A DNA stretch of 61,671 bases, counting the filler, from Pirum gemmata (Eukaryota): NCBI GenBank assembly GCA_002812295.1. It is 10 parts of 10 records of this genome, joined end to end, with 100 filler letters (N's around TTAATTAATTAA, not from the genome) between each part and the next. Parts side by side here need not be neighbours in the genome. Positions count along the whole stretch, not along the records: positions 49,558 to 55,634 come from PDIN01000388.1; positions 55,735 to 61,671 come from PDIN01000389.1; 8 more parts are not named here. The stretch is one strand, 5' to 3'. A model generated the notes under the pieces. That model was not told the DNA's origin, did no database searches, and was given only the letters and a program-made list of their open reading frames with translations. Of the stretch, positions 51,046 through 61,671 are shown piece after piece. A program made the translations under genes and the position numbers. Each line of letters starts with the position of its first letter. Within the stretch, counting starts at the first letter, position 1.

Positions 51046-51457
51046 TGAAACCATGGTTTGCCTCCAGAGTTTGTTGGCTGTTTTGCATTATATTTGGTGT
51101 GGACTTTTATTTTTATGTTCCTAACAGTTCATGTCTTTAGAGAGAAAATGGCGAAAACCTCAGCGAAAACCTCACATGGTATCGTTGCAACCTACAGATT
51201 CGAACCCCAGTTATTCAAACTGATTAATAGAATGAAACCATGGTTTGCCTCCAGAGTTTGTTGTCTGTTTTGCAATATTTTTGGTGTGGACTTTTATTAT
51301 TATGTTCGTAACACTTCATGCCTTTAGAGGGAAAATGGCGAAAACCTCAACGAAAACCTCACATGGTATCTGTTGCAACCTACAGATTCGAACCCCAGCC
51401 ATTCAAACTGATTGATAGTCAATTCAACCACTCAGACCCCGGTCCACTCTGCCACCC
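51046..51457 (-). repeat. 187-bp tandem duplication with Pol III A-box/B-box-like motifs on the minus strand (possible tRNA-derived SINE remnant)
   Basis: Units start at 51046 and 51233; minus-strand TGGCAGAGTGG (51454-51444) and GGTTCGAATC (51394-51385, repeated at 51206-51197). Confidence 0.45.
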
Positions 51458-51624
51458 GAGAGCTGTTAATTTGACAGCTAGTAGGGATTTTTTACCATTT
51501 TTATCATACATCGGGACAAAGGAGTGAACTATGGCGAGTGGTTTCGAAATAATTTCAACTTCGATTCCCATTAAAAAAATTTTTTTTGACTAAAATTTAA
51601 TATAGCTATGATACGGAATGTTTA

Positions 51625-51925
51625 TTATTATAATATAATTATTATTATTAACAATCTCAATTATCAATATATACACTTAGACAATAGCAAACAATTCAAT
51701 TATACGTTTAATTAGCTTAATTAAACGCAATCAAAATAAATATATAGTAATAAGCCATATAACGATTTATTATTATATATTTATTTTGGTATTATATTTT
51801 AATTAATTAATAATAGCTTTTAAATTAAACTAATTAAATGTATAGCTGAACTAGTACTGTTTGCTACTATCTTAGTGTGTAATTGAAATTGTTCATAAAG
51901 TAAACATTAATAATAAAATACAAAT
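51625..51925. repeat. Long imperfect AT-rich inverted repeat (foldback remnant)
   Basis: AACAATCTCAATTA..TACACTTAGA..TAGCAAACA..TTTAATTAG mirrored by CTAATTAAA..TGTTTGCTA..TCTTAGTGTGTAATTGAAATTGTT. Confidence 0.7.
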
Positions 51926-52855
51926 TTTAATGAAAACATATAGTTGCACTACACAGTATGCAAAATAGCTTAGGTAAAATAGCAAATTGCAATTAATGCT
52001 ATTTATAATACTCAACAATGCACCTAAGGGCACCCGTGACCCATTTCATAATGTTTTCCTCCAAGAATTTTAAAAAAAGTGCTGCTCCTAGTCTTCTGGC
52101 TGGTCTCGGTCTGTGTGTACAAACTTTTATTTATTATTATATTTATATAATTTTTTTTTTTTTTTATCATATGAATATCAAATTATGAAAAAAAAAAAAA
52201 AAATTGTAAACTCAAACTTTCAACTTTTGAGTTTCGTTGGAATAATAAATCATCATTTACAAAAAATTATCATAATAACTATATATAATAATGTTATATT
52301 ATATAATATTATATTATATAATTATATCGATAGACTTTATTATGGAATGTTCAAATAATATTATGTGAAAATTATTATTAAGAACGGCATTATTTAATAG
52401 TTATTATTATTATTATTGTAATTACATTACATATATTATACATAATATTATTGTATACAGCATTATCAGTGTTTTTTTAGTGGTTTTTTACTAATGAACA
52501 CTTTTCATTTATTTGGTCACTCCGAATATTTATTTGGTTGGTTATAATTTTTATTTGACATTGTTAAAATATACCAAATTAAATGAAATGGATTTATATT
52601 TTATTAATTTGGTACCCTTTATTATATATTTTATGATGACAAAACAACTGAAAAGCACGATAAAATTCAAACTGAATAAAAAACCAAAAACACTATCAAA
52701 AAACAGAAAAAAAACCTGTCGTGAAAGAATTTCAAGATTTTTTAGAATATTATGCATATAATAAAAAAAAAAACGTTTGAAAAAACGATGAAAAAGAATT
52801 TCAAGATTAGAAAAATTCAGAAAAAAATCAGTAAAAAATCTTTCTTTACTACTAT

Positions 52856-52895
<40 letters not shown>

Positions 52896-54626
52896 GCTAC
52901 TACTACTACTACTACTACTACTACAACTTCAACTCCTACAACTCCTACTACTACTCCTACTACTAGTACTACTACTACTACTACTACCCCTACTACTACT
53001 ATTGCTACTACTACTACTACTACTACAAACCACTAATATTAAATAATACAGTGATTGATACTTTAATAATAATAGTAGTGGCTAGCTTGCTAGTCTCTAT
53101 TAATATTAGTTGTAAGTAACTGTTGTAAAAACTGGTAGTTGTTACAGCTGCTTTAACATTTAATATTTATATGATAGCAATATTAAATAATAATATAATA
53201 ATTATTAAATAATACATTGTGATTGATACTTACTAGCTATCTTGTTAGTCTCTATTTTAATAGTTGTAAGTTGTAAAAACTAGTAGTTGTTACAGCTGTT
53301 GTAATATTTTTTAAAAAAAAAAATATTAAAAAATTTTATAATACTAAATAATAATAATAATAATTATTATTATAACTTTTGTAACTGTGCTTAGCTATCT
53401 GCCTATCATAGTCTAGTAATTATTAAAAAAACCACAAACTTTAAAAAAATATATATAATCAACCAATAGTTGCTCGATTTAATAATTTCACGCACTGGCA
53501 ACCAGTGGCAAGTCTGGCACACGAAGACCCCACCGCTACCGGGCCACGGACTACGGGTCACCCCGGACTCACCTGGGACTCCAGTCTATATATAGATATT
53601 AAATTTTACACTTCTTTTTTTTTTTTTTTTTTTTTTTTTTTTGCAGGATAAAACTGTATGATTAGAAATATATATATATTTTTTTTCTAAAACTTTTAAT
53701 AACAACTAGCCAAAATTTTTAAAAAAACTAGCCATTGGCATATAATAGAGTTTTATCAGTTATAAAATTTCTCATAATTTGGCTGTATATTTATAAAAAT
53801 CGGATCATTTTGAGATTTTTTGGATTTTTGAGCTCGTATGATGTCGCCATTTTTATCCGGCTTGGTAGTTAAAATAATAATGATATAAATATATTCAGAC
53901 AACAACAGAAATTCCATATTTAGTAGTAAGTGCGAAATGTGACCAAAAATGACTGTATAGATGAGTCTACCTGGTATGTAGATTTATTTATGCTGTAAGT
54001 TTTGTTATAGCTGTTGTAAACTTGTAGTACAACACTAGCTGTTGTATAGTGCTTTTCATTTATACTTTGTCACTCCAAATATTTATTTGGTTGGTTATGA
54101 CATTTAAATTGACCTTTTTTAAATGAAGAAATAGATAATAAAATATACCAAATTAAATAAAATGGATTTATATTGTATTAATTTGGTACTCTTTTTTTAT
54201 ATTTTATGATGACAAAACAACTGAAAAGCACGATATACTGTTCGTGTGTTTGGTATTATTGATTTGGTTAGCTACTTTTTTGAAAAGCATTACAGTAGTT
54301 ATTGCAGTAGACTATCGTGCTTTTTTTGTTGTTTTGTCATCATAAAAATTTAATATTATTCAAAAAAGAGTACCAAATTAATACAATATAAACCCATTTC
54401 ATTTAATTTGGTACTTTTTATTATCTATTTATTCATTTAAAAAAGTCAATTTAAATATCATAACCAACCAATTACATACTTGGTATGACAAAATAAATGA
54501 AAAGCTAGTTTTTTTTTTTTTAAAAAAAATAATAAGGGTAAACCCGGGGAGTTCGGGGTCTACTTTCCTTGAACACCACATTGCACAGACCCTCAGTACT
54601 CCTCATCATCTGACGTTACCAACTTA

Positions 54627-54809
54627 GGGAATATTCATAAATGACGTCACTTATTCTTTGATAGAAGTCATTGCTCGAAAGTGTGACTTAAAAACTGTTT
54701 TAGGCAGTAATTAATTATTAAAATGAACTTTTTAAAATTATGACCAAAAGTGTTTTGGACAAAGAGGCATAGGTAAGATTAGGAGACGTCCTTTATATGG
54801 ATGATTCCT
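54627..54809 (+). mobile_element. MITE family D (~180 bp), TTA/TAA-flanked (PIF/Harbinger-like)
   Basis: TTA|GGGAATATTCATAAA...TATGGATGATTCCT|TTA; copies at 965-1143, about 38480-38665(-), 58617-58792 (TAA flanks). Confidence 0.85.
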
Positions 54810-57320
54810 TTAAAATACCAAATGAAAATTCTAAACATCAGATTGCAATCTAAGAGACTAAGAAAAGCACTTTCCATTCCTCATTAGCACATAGCACTCA
54901 TGGCAGTCTCATAGCACTCATATGGTGCGAATGATCTAAAAACGTCAGATACCCCTTCCCCTCGACGTTAATTTCCGGTTAAATAACACCTACCTACCTA
55001 CCCCTTGACGTGACGTATTATTTGAAGTCCCACTTTTTTTTTTTTTAATATACATATGTTCAAAAATTTAATACCTGTTACATTACTTATAAATCCATTT
55101 TATTTAATTTGGTATATTTTATTATCTACTTATTCATTTAAAAACGTCAAATTAAATATTATAACCTACCAAATAAATAATCTGGTACGGTATGATGAGT
55201 TGCAGATAATGCGTATAGTCTACCAACTTTTAAAAGACCTCCAACTTACCAAGAGCTATGATCATATACAAAGCTGTATATAGAACTCTACACCTATTAA
55301 ATATTATTAAAAAAATAAAAAATATTTTAAAAATTTTATCTCCAATATTCCACTCTACACAACTTACCAAGAGCTATGATCATAATATACAAAGCTGTAG
55401 TCTATATAGAACACTATATAGAACTCTACACCTAATTTATATTAAATATTATTAAAAAAATAAAATATTAAATTTTATCGTGCTTTTCATTTATTTTGTC
55501 CTGAATATTTATTTGGAGGGTTATAATATTTAAATTGACATTTTTCAATCAATATATAAATAATAAAATATACCAAATTAAATTAAATGGATTTATATTA
55601 TATTAATTTGGCACTATTTATTGTATATTTTTTGNNNNNNNNNNNNNNNNNNNNNNNNNNNNNNNNNNNNNNNNNNNNTTAATTAATTAANNNNNNNNNN
55701 NNNNNNNNNNNNNNNNNNNNNNNNNNNNNNNNNNAAACAAAAAACAAAAAACAAAAAACAAAAAACAAAAACCAAAAACAGGTAAGGGTTTATTTCGGTG
55801 TATTTACTGTTTGTTTAGTGGTCCATTTCTAATATATTTTTAAAAAGGTGTATTATTATTACTGAGGTGTATCATAGCATATCATATACAAAAATAATAA
55901 ACTATAATAACATTATATTGTTAATTAATTAATTTACTGTATTTAACTTCAGAAATACGAATTTAAAATTAAACTATGATACATGTGCACGTTACTTATT
56001 TGTATGTTGCGTCCGAGAATGTCATTAATATGTACATGCATATATACGTAGATAGATAAAATTCACTTTCAACGCACTTAATATTATAACACACTTGCCT
56101 ATACCAATATTAATTTGTACAACAAAAGAACAATACAATTAATATTGCTAATCATAGCTAATCATAGACATGGTATTATTATTAATACCGAACCTTCAAT
56201 CAAATAATTAAATTATAAATACCAAAGAATTATGAAACAAGTCAACAAACTGCAACTATCATATCGAGATATCTCGATATAATATTTTTATAAACCTGTA
56301 ACCTACCTACTTCTACCATTTTGAAACTATCGATAGAATTTTGGAATAAAAAAACCTAGCTAGGCTTTTAATTAACCATATTTAAAATTAGTTAACCATA
56401 TTTGGTAAATTGTTTTTTGTATGTATGTATAGTTTTGCAAATCCTTATTTATAAAAATGCTTCATGGTTAAAATATTTATTACAACAACCAACTTTCTAA
56501 AATCCGATGTCATGCATGATCAAGAAGACTTCAAAAAATTAAAAATGTGTCAAAAAGTATACAAAATTTTATGAGACAAGTTCGTATCATGTAAACATCA
56601 TTTTATAAACTATAAAATACTATCGTATACCCCGGGTATGTACATCCCTATATAATATATAGATATATAAACTGATATATATATATATGCCTTGAAGAAT
56701 GGTCAGTTTCTCTTTCTTTAGAATAATAATGAGTAATATTACTGTAATATTTTAAAAATGGTATGATAATATCGAATTGAAAAGATCTAGTATAATTTAT
56801 AATGTCTCATCCCCCTCCCGTCTCCATGCGTAGTACTACAGATGCGTAGTACTCTAGCATCTATGCTCTAGCTAAAATAGCAGCTTTCAATGAGCTTTTC
56901 AGTTACTTTGTTGACTTGTTTCATAATTATTACTTTGGTATATTTTTATGATAAGTTTTATTAATGATTGATTTAGTTGCCGTTCGGTTTTAACTTGTTG
57001 TACTTTTCATAATAATACAAGAACCCCAGGAATTATATAGTCATTTATTTGTAATAATTTATAAGGATAATAATATTATAAATATCGAGTCTATCGATAA
57101 TGACTATCAAATACCTGGTCTGTAGCTACTACTACAGCTGCTATCATATCATATCGATACTATCTGATATTGATATTGATATGATATGATATGATATAGC
57201 TAGTAGAGTATCTGCCCTCATCTAGCTGCCCTCATAGTGTATAAATAAATAGACATAAATAAATAAATAAATAAAGTTAATAATATAATGCATATATTGT
57301 TATTATTATTTTTTTTTTAA

Positions 57321-57548
57321 CAGCCAAGCCTGATAAAACTGTAGAAATCATTTTTTTTTTTAGACTTCTTTTCTAAAAACCCTCAATACTAACCAGCCGA
57401 ATTATTTTTAAAAGATAGCCATTGGTTCATAATAGAGTTTTCTTATTTATACTATTTCACAAATTTTGGTAGTATTTTTATAAAAACTGGAGCATGGAGA
57501 TTTTTGAGCACATATGGCGGATGTCGCAATTTTTATTCGGCCTGGCTG
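57321..57548 (+). mobile_element. MITE family E (~230-260 bp), TIR core CCAAGCCGGATAAAA, often TTAA-adjacent (piggyBac-like by target)
   Basis: TTAA|CAGCCAAGCC here and at 57891; CTTGGTAG|TTAA at 53868 and near 33800. Other copies at about 555-790(-), 32115-32190(-), 33585-33800, 39035-39250(-), 40617-40843, 43675-43850(-), 46175-46437, 53643-53868, 57891-58157. Confidence 0.85.
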
Positions 57549-57554
57549 AAAATT

Positions 57555-57615
<61 letters not shown>

Positions 57616-58814
57616 AAGAAAGAAAAGTTAGATAACAGAAAAAAGCCACAATCTATTGGCTAAACACCTGTTAAGTAGCGCAGTAGTGCGCGCAATAATG
57701 GCCAATACAGTGCCAATAATGGCTGTATTTTCTCTGAAGTTCCGATTTTTTAAAAAAACGGGATTCGGCAACAGTCTCAGCTGGGCTCCCAATGGAGAAT
57801 TCCACCCAGAGATAGACTAGCACCAATTGTAATGCACTGCCAAAAATGATGGCCAAAAATGACCTTTTTTTTTTTGTTTTGTTTTTTTAACAGCCAAGCT
57901 GGATAAACCTGTTGAAACAGTGTATAGCCTAGAAATCATTTTTTTTAGACCTCTTTTCTAAAAACCTTCAATGCTAACGAGCCAAATAATTTTTTTAAAA
58001 AAACTAGCCATTGGGTCATATAGAGTTTTCTTAGTTAGACGACTTCTCAAAATATGATAGTACTTTTACTAAAATTGGATCATTTTACTATCATTTTGAT
58101 ATTTTTTGGATTTTTGAGCTCATATGGCAAATGTCACCATTTTTATCTGGCTTAGTAAAAAAAAAAAAAATTATTTATTTTATCTTTTTTTTTTTTTTTT
58201 TTTTTTTTAGAAAATGTAACTACCATATATATAGATAGTACTTTTACAACTGTCTAAAAATCTGCTAGAGCTATCATAGCTACTGTATGATATTATAAAA
58301 ATAAGTAAACCTAGCTATCGTTAGTATAATAATATATCATAAGAGTATGATATAATAAGTAAACTATCCATAGCTAGCTAGCCAGTAGACTAGCTAGCTA
58401 GGCTACCTTTAAAAATACCTGCTACTATCGATATTATAGGCTACCTCTTGCTAGCAGCTAGCTAGAGCTGCTAGCTACTAGGTTGCTACGTATTGCTAAC
58501 TAGCTAGCTATCATAGTAGTACCTATGACCAGCAGAGCCTTATATAGACTGTCTATAGTCTATATACCGGGGGGTAGACCATTCTACAAGTCTACTAAAT
58601 ATGAATTATATGATAAGGGAACATTCATAAAGGACGTCACTTATTCTTTGATATAAGTCATTGCTCGAAAGTGTGACTTAAACTGTTTTAGGCAGTAATT
58701 AATAATTAAAATGAACTTTAAAACTATGACCAAAAGTGTTTTGGACAAAGAGGCATACGTAAGATTAGGTGACGTCTTTTATGGATGATTCCTAATCATA
58801 CTAAGTTGGACTCT

Positions 58815-59117
58815 GGGAGCGTTCAATAATTATTACGTAACGCTGATTTGGGACAAAAACCTACCCTACTACCCCCTGTGTAACAGCCTGTAACGTTTGA
58901 GAAGGACTACCTACCCTTATGACGTAACGATTGGAAAAAATAGTACCCTAAATTACTCCTAAATTACCCCTCATGTTATATATATATTTATATATATATT
59001 TTTTTTTTGCGTTATGTCATATTACGAAAACCTACCCCCCTACTGCGTCACGGCCTGTCACAAAAATCCGACCCCCCCTACCTACCCCCCAGTGTTACGT
59101 AATTATTGAACGCTCCC
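58815..59117. mobile_element. 303-bp element sharing family C termini, with a perfect 17-bp TIR GGGAGCGTTCAATAATT
   Basis: Exact inverted termini; internal CCTACCC tracts. Confidence 0.85.
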
Positions 59118-61237
59118 TAAGCTATGATAGCTAGTAATGCTATGAGCATAGCTAGCTAGCTAGACAGCAGTTTCCAGCCCACCACTGGCCAGTCAACGCA
59201 CCAAATGAGACTGAAGGTTCGAAGCAACATTTTTTTATGTCTGTGGCGAATCACACTGACAGTATCAACTGTATCATGATAGTCTATCATGATACACAGA
59301 AATCATACACTGGCGATAGATACTTCGCTCGAACAACAAAAAAAACTTTTCGTTCTGTGTTAAAAAATCCAGTGTTTTTAAAATAAAAATCAGCTCTACT
59401 AGCTAGCTAGCTAGCTAGCTAGCTGTGACTGTGAGGAGTCTGTGAGGGAGTGTTGGAGGCAAGATAGGTAGACTGTGTATGAAAGTCTAGCTGTAAAAAA
59501 AAAAATGGTGTCTCATGATCACAGTATGATCACATTGTGATATACTAAAGCTGTGATAATTCAGATAATTCTCATATTTTAGATTTACGACATTATTATA
59601 CCGGTATAAATAAATATTATATTATATTATATTTATTAAATTTTATATTTATAAATGATGAACGTCAATAATGGTGAACTTCTACAGGAGAAACGAGGGG
59701 TCTACGATACTTCGGGCTAGCTACTTTGGGTGAAACGAGCTGCTCAGAAACTATATATATATAGAGTCTATATATATATAAACACCTAATACTCAATTAC
59801 CAGTTGAAAATTATTTGGAAAAGAACTTAGAACTCTGATGATGAATTCGTACTAATTCAATATCAATGCAATATTATAAATTAATATTATATCATAATAT
59901 TAATATATAGATATCGATATATAGTTTATTACTTAGATAGTTTATATCCAGAGTTTATAGGTCTACTTTGATATAGTAGCTATAGTTATCGTGTGAAACA
60001 AATAAACGTACCAAATTATTATTATAATTAAACTATCAGACATGTTTTAATTAATTTGGTATTTTATACTTAATGTTGTATTTAATAAACAAGTTCAATT
60101 ATACACTTAAACAGTACCGAATTAAAGATTGAGAGAACCCATCATAGAAAGTAAATGTAAACATCAGACTGTTTTGTTTTGTTTTGTGTTTTTTTTCTTG
60201 TTTTTTTCTACTGTTTTTTTATTTTATTTTATTTTATTTATCATATATACAGTACACAATCTATTAATACTTCATTTTATTTATCTTACATATTAAATCT
60301 ACTTCATTTCATTTGGTTTTATTTGGTGTTGTTGAAAGAACTTGAATCTGTTGTTTTGTTTTCTTTTCTTTTTTTTTAGTGTTTTAGTCTTCACATAAAG
60401 AATCACATTTATATAGTTTTATCGGCTTGGCTGTGATTAATTATTTTTTTTAAAAAAAAAAGTCCTGGCTGCTAGCTATTGCTTTTAGACTTTTAATAGA
60501 GTAGTATCGATAGTAGCCCCTATCATAATAGTAGTTGATGAGTCTGTTCCTTGAGTCACGTGGTCTCGCGAGTAGTCTAAACCTAATAATAATTATTTTT
60601 TTAATAAAAAAAAAAAGAAAAAAAAAAGTATCATAATAATAAATACACTTTATTTATTCTATAGTGTTATTTATTTGGTTAAATTTTTACCTTTTTTTTT
60701 TTTACATAATGCATACGATCATACGATAATTCAAATACTACGTAACGCCAATTTATGGTCAAATGCAGCTTCAAACACCCCCTATCGACGTTAATTTCTG
60801 GTCAAATACCACCTACTTACCTACCCTTAACGTGACGTATTATTTGAACGCTCCTTAGAGTCACAGATTTTATAAATAGACCTATCGTAGCTAGCTAGTC
60901 TACTAGTAGTAGTAGCTAGTAGCTAGTAGTTATCATAGCTAGCTAGGTCTATAATAAATATCGTGTTTTTCCCGTGTTTTTCCAGCGTGTTTTTCAGTAG
61001 ACCTAGCTAGCTAGACTAGTAGTGTTTGTTGCCCAGTTCAAAAACTGAAATAAACGTACCAAATTATTATTATTAGACATGTTTTAAATAATTTGGTATT
61101 ATTATTAGACATGTTTTAAATAATTTTTGGTATTATATAATTTAATGTTGTATTTTATAAAAAAGTTTAAATTAAAGATTGAGAGGACAGCTGTGATTAA
61201 ATAGACGATATATTATTACAGGACTATGGCACGTTTA

Positions 61238-61420
61238 GGGAGCGTTCAAATAATACGTCACGTCAAGGGGTAGGTAGGTAGGTGGTATATAGACCCCCCC
61301 CCCCTTTGACTGGAAATTAACGTCGAGCTCGAGGGGTAGGTAGGTAGATAGGGGTATTTGAAGCTGTATTTGACCAGAAATTGGCGTTACGTAGTCGTTA
61401 CGTAGTATTTGAATGCTCCC
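61238..61420 (+). mobile_element. MITE family C full copy, TTA-flanked
   Basis: TTA|GGGAGCGTTCAAATA...TATTTGAATGCTCCC|TTA. Confidence 0.88.
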
Positions 61421-61671
61421 TTAGCTATTTTAAAACCCAAGTAGAACTTTACAATGTAGACTTTATCTATTATCTCTAGACTTACTACTACTAAGAGGTC
61501 TATATGTGATATATTATGTATCATATCTTATATATATGCAATATGAAAACTATTATGAAGCTTGTTTAAAATACTATATTATTATAGTATTATTATGCTA
61601 ACATAATTATGCTAACCCTTTTTTTTTCAAAAAAAAAAAAAATTACATAGACCCAGCTAGTTATTAGATAT

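Noticed and set aside
51385..51457. Functional tRNA gene
   Set aside because: A-box and B-box are present but acceptor and anticodon stems could not be paired convincingly
53035..55475. Local tandem duplications (about 53035-53310 and 55240-55475; also 6645-6870)
   Set aside because: Ordinary two-copy duplications in non-coding DNA with no further structure

Overview
Very AT-rich eukaryotic DNA from a fragmented assembly. The window is NOT contiguous. Ten unrelated scaffolds of about 6 kb are joined by an artificial 100-nt linker (44 N + TTAATTAATTAA + 44 N) at 5962, 12109, 18888, 24969, 31176, 37243, 43363, 49458 and 55635, so adjacency means something only within a segment. Spliceosomal introns with CTAAC branch sites, TTAGGG repeats and a LYS1-type saccharopine dehydrogenase suggest an opisthokont, possibly an ichthyosporean or early-diverging fungus (inference). 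Supportable genes: (1) an intronless secreted repeat-peptide precursor with Gly-Arg-Arg-Glu-Ala processing sites (3243-3839), the most interesting feature; (2) a convergent two-domain Cys-rich secreted protein (5213-5761); (3) a two-exon secreted protein with seven copies of a 4-Cys module (8552-10262); (4) one LYS1 exon; (5) the six 3' exons of a CYP86/94/704-like cytochrome P450; (6) the last two exons of an unknown gene; (7) a large low-complexity exon (28111-30932). A compact, intronless, frameshifted gene island at 19.0-21.7 kb looks like a decayed endogenous viral or Polinton-like element, and a 75-nt hairpin lies beside it. The rest is dominated by at least seven families of short TIR elements (MITEs), interstitial telomeric arrays, a foldback element carrying a telomeric array, tandem duplications, microsatellites and CTAG/TAGC-rich filler. 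Most short ORFs in the track are microsatellite or MITE artefacts. All homology calls come from motif recognition, not database searches.
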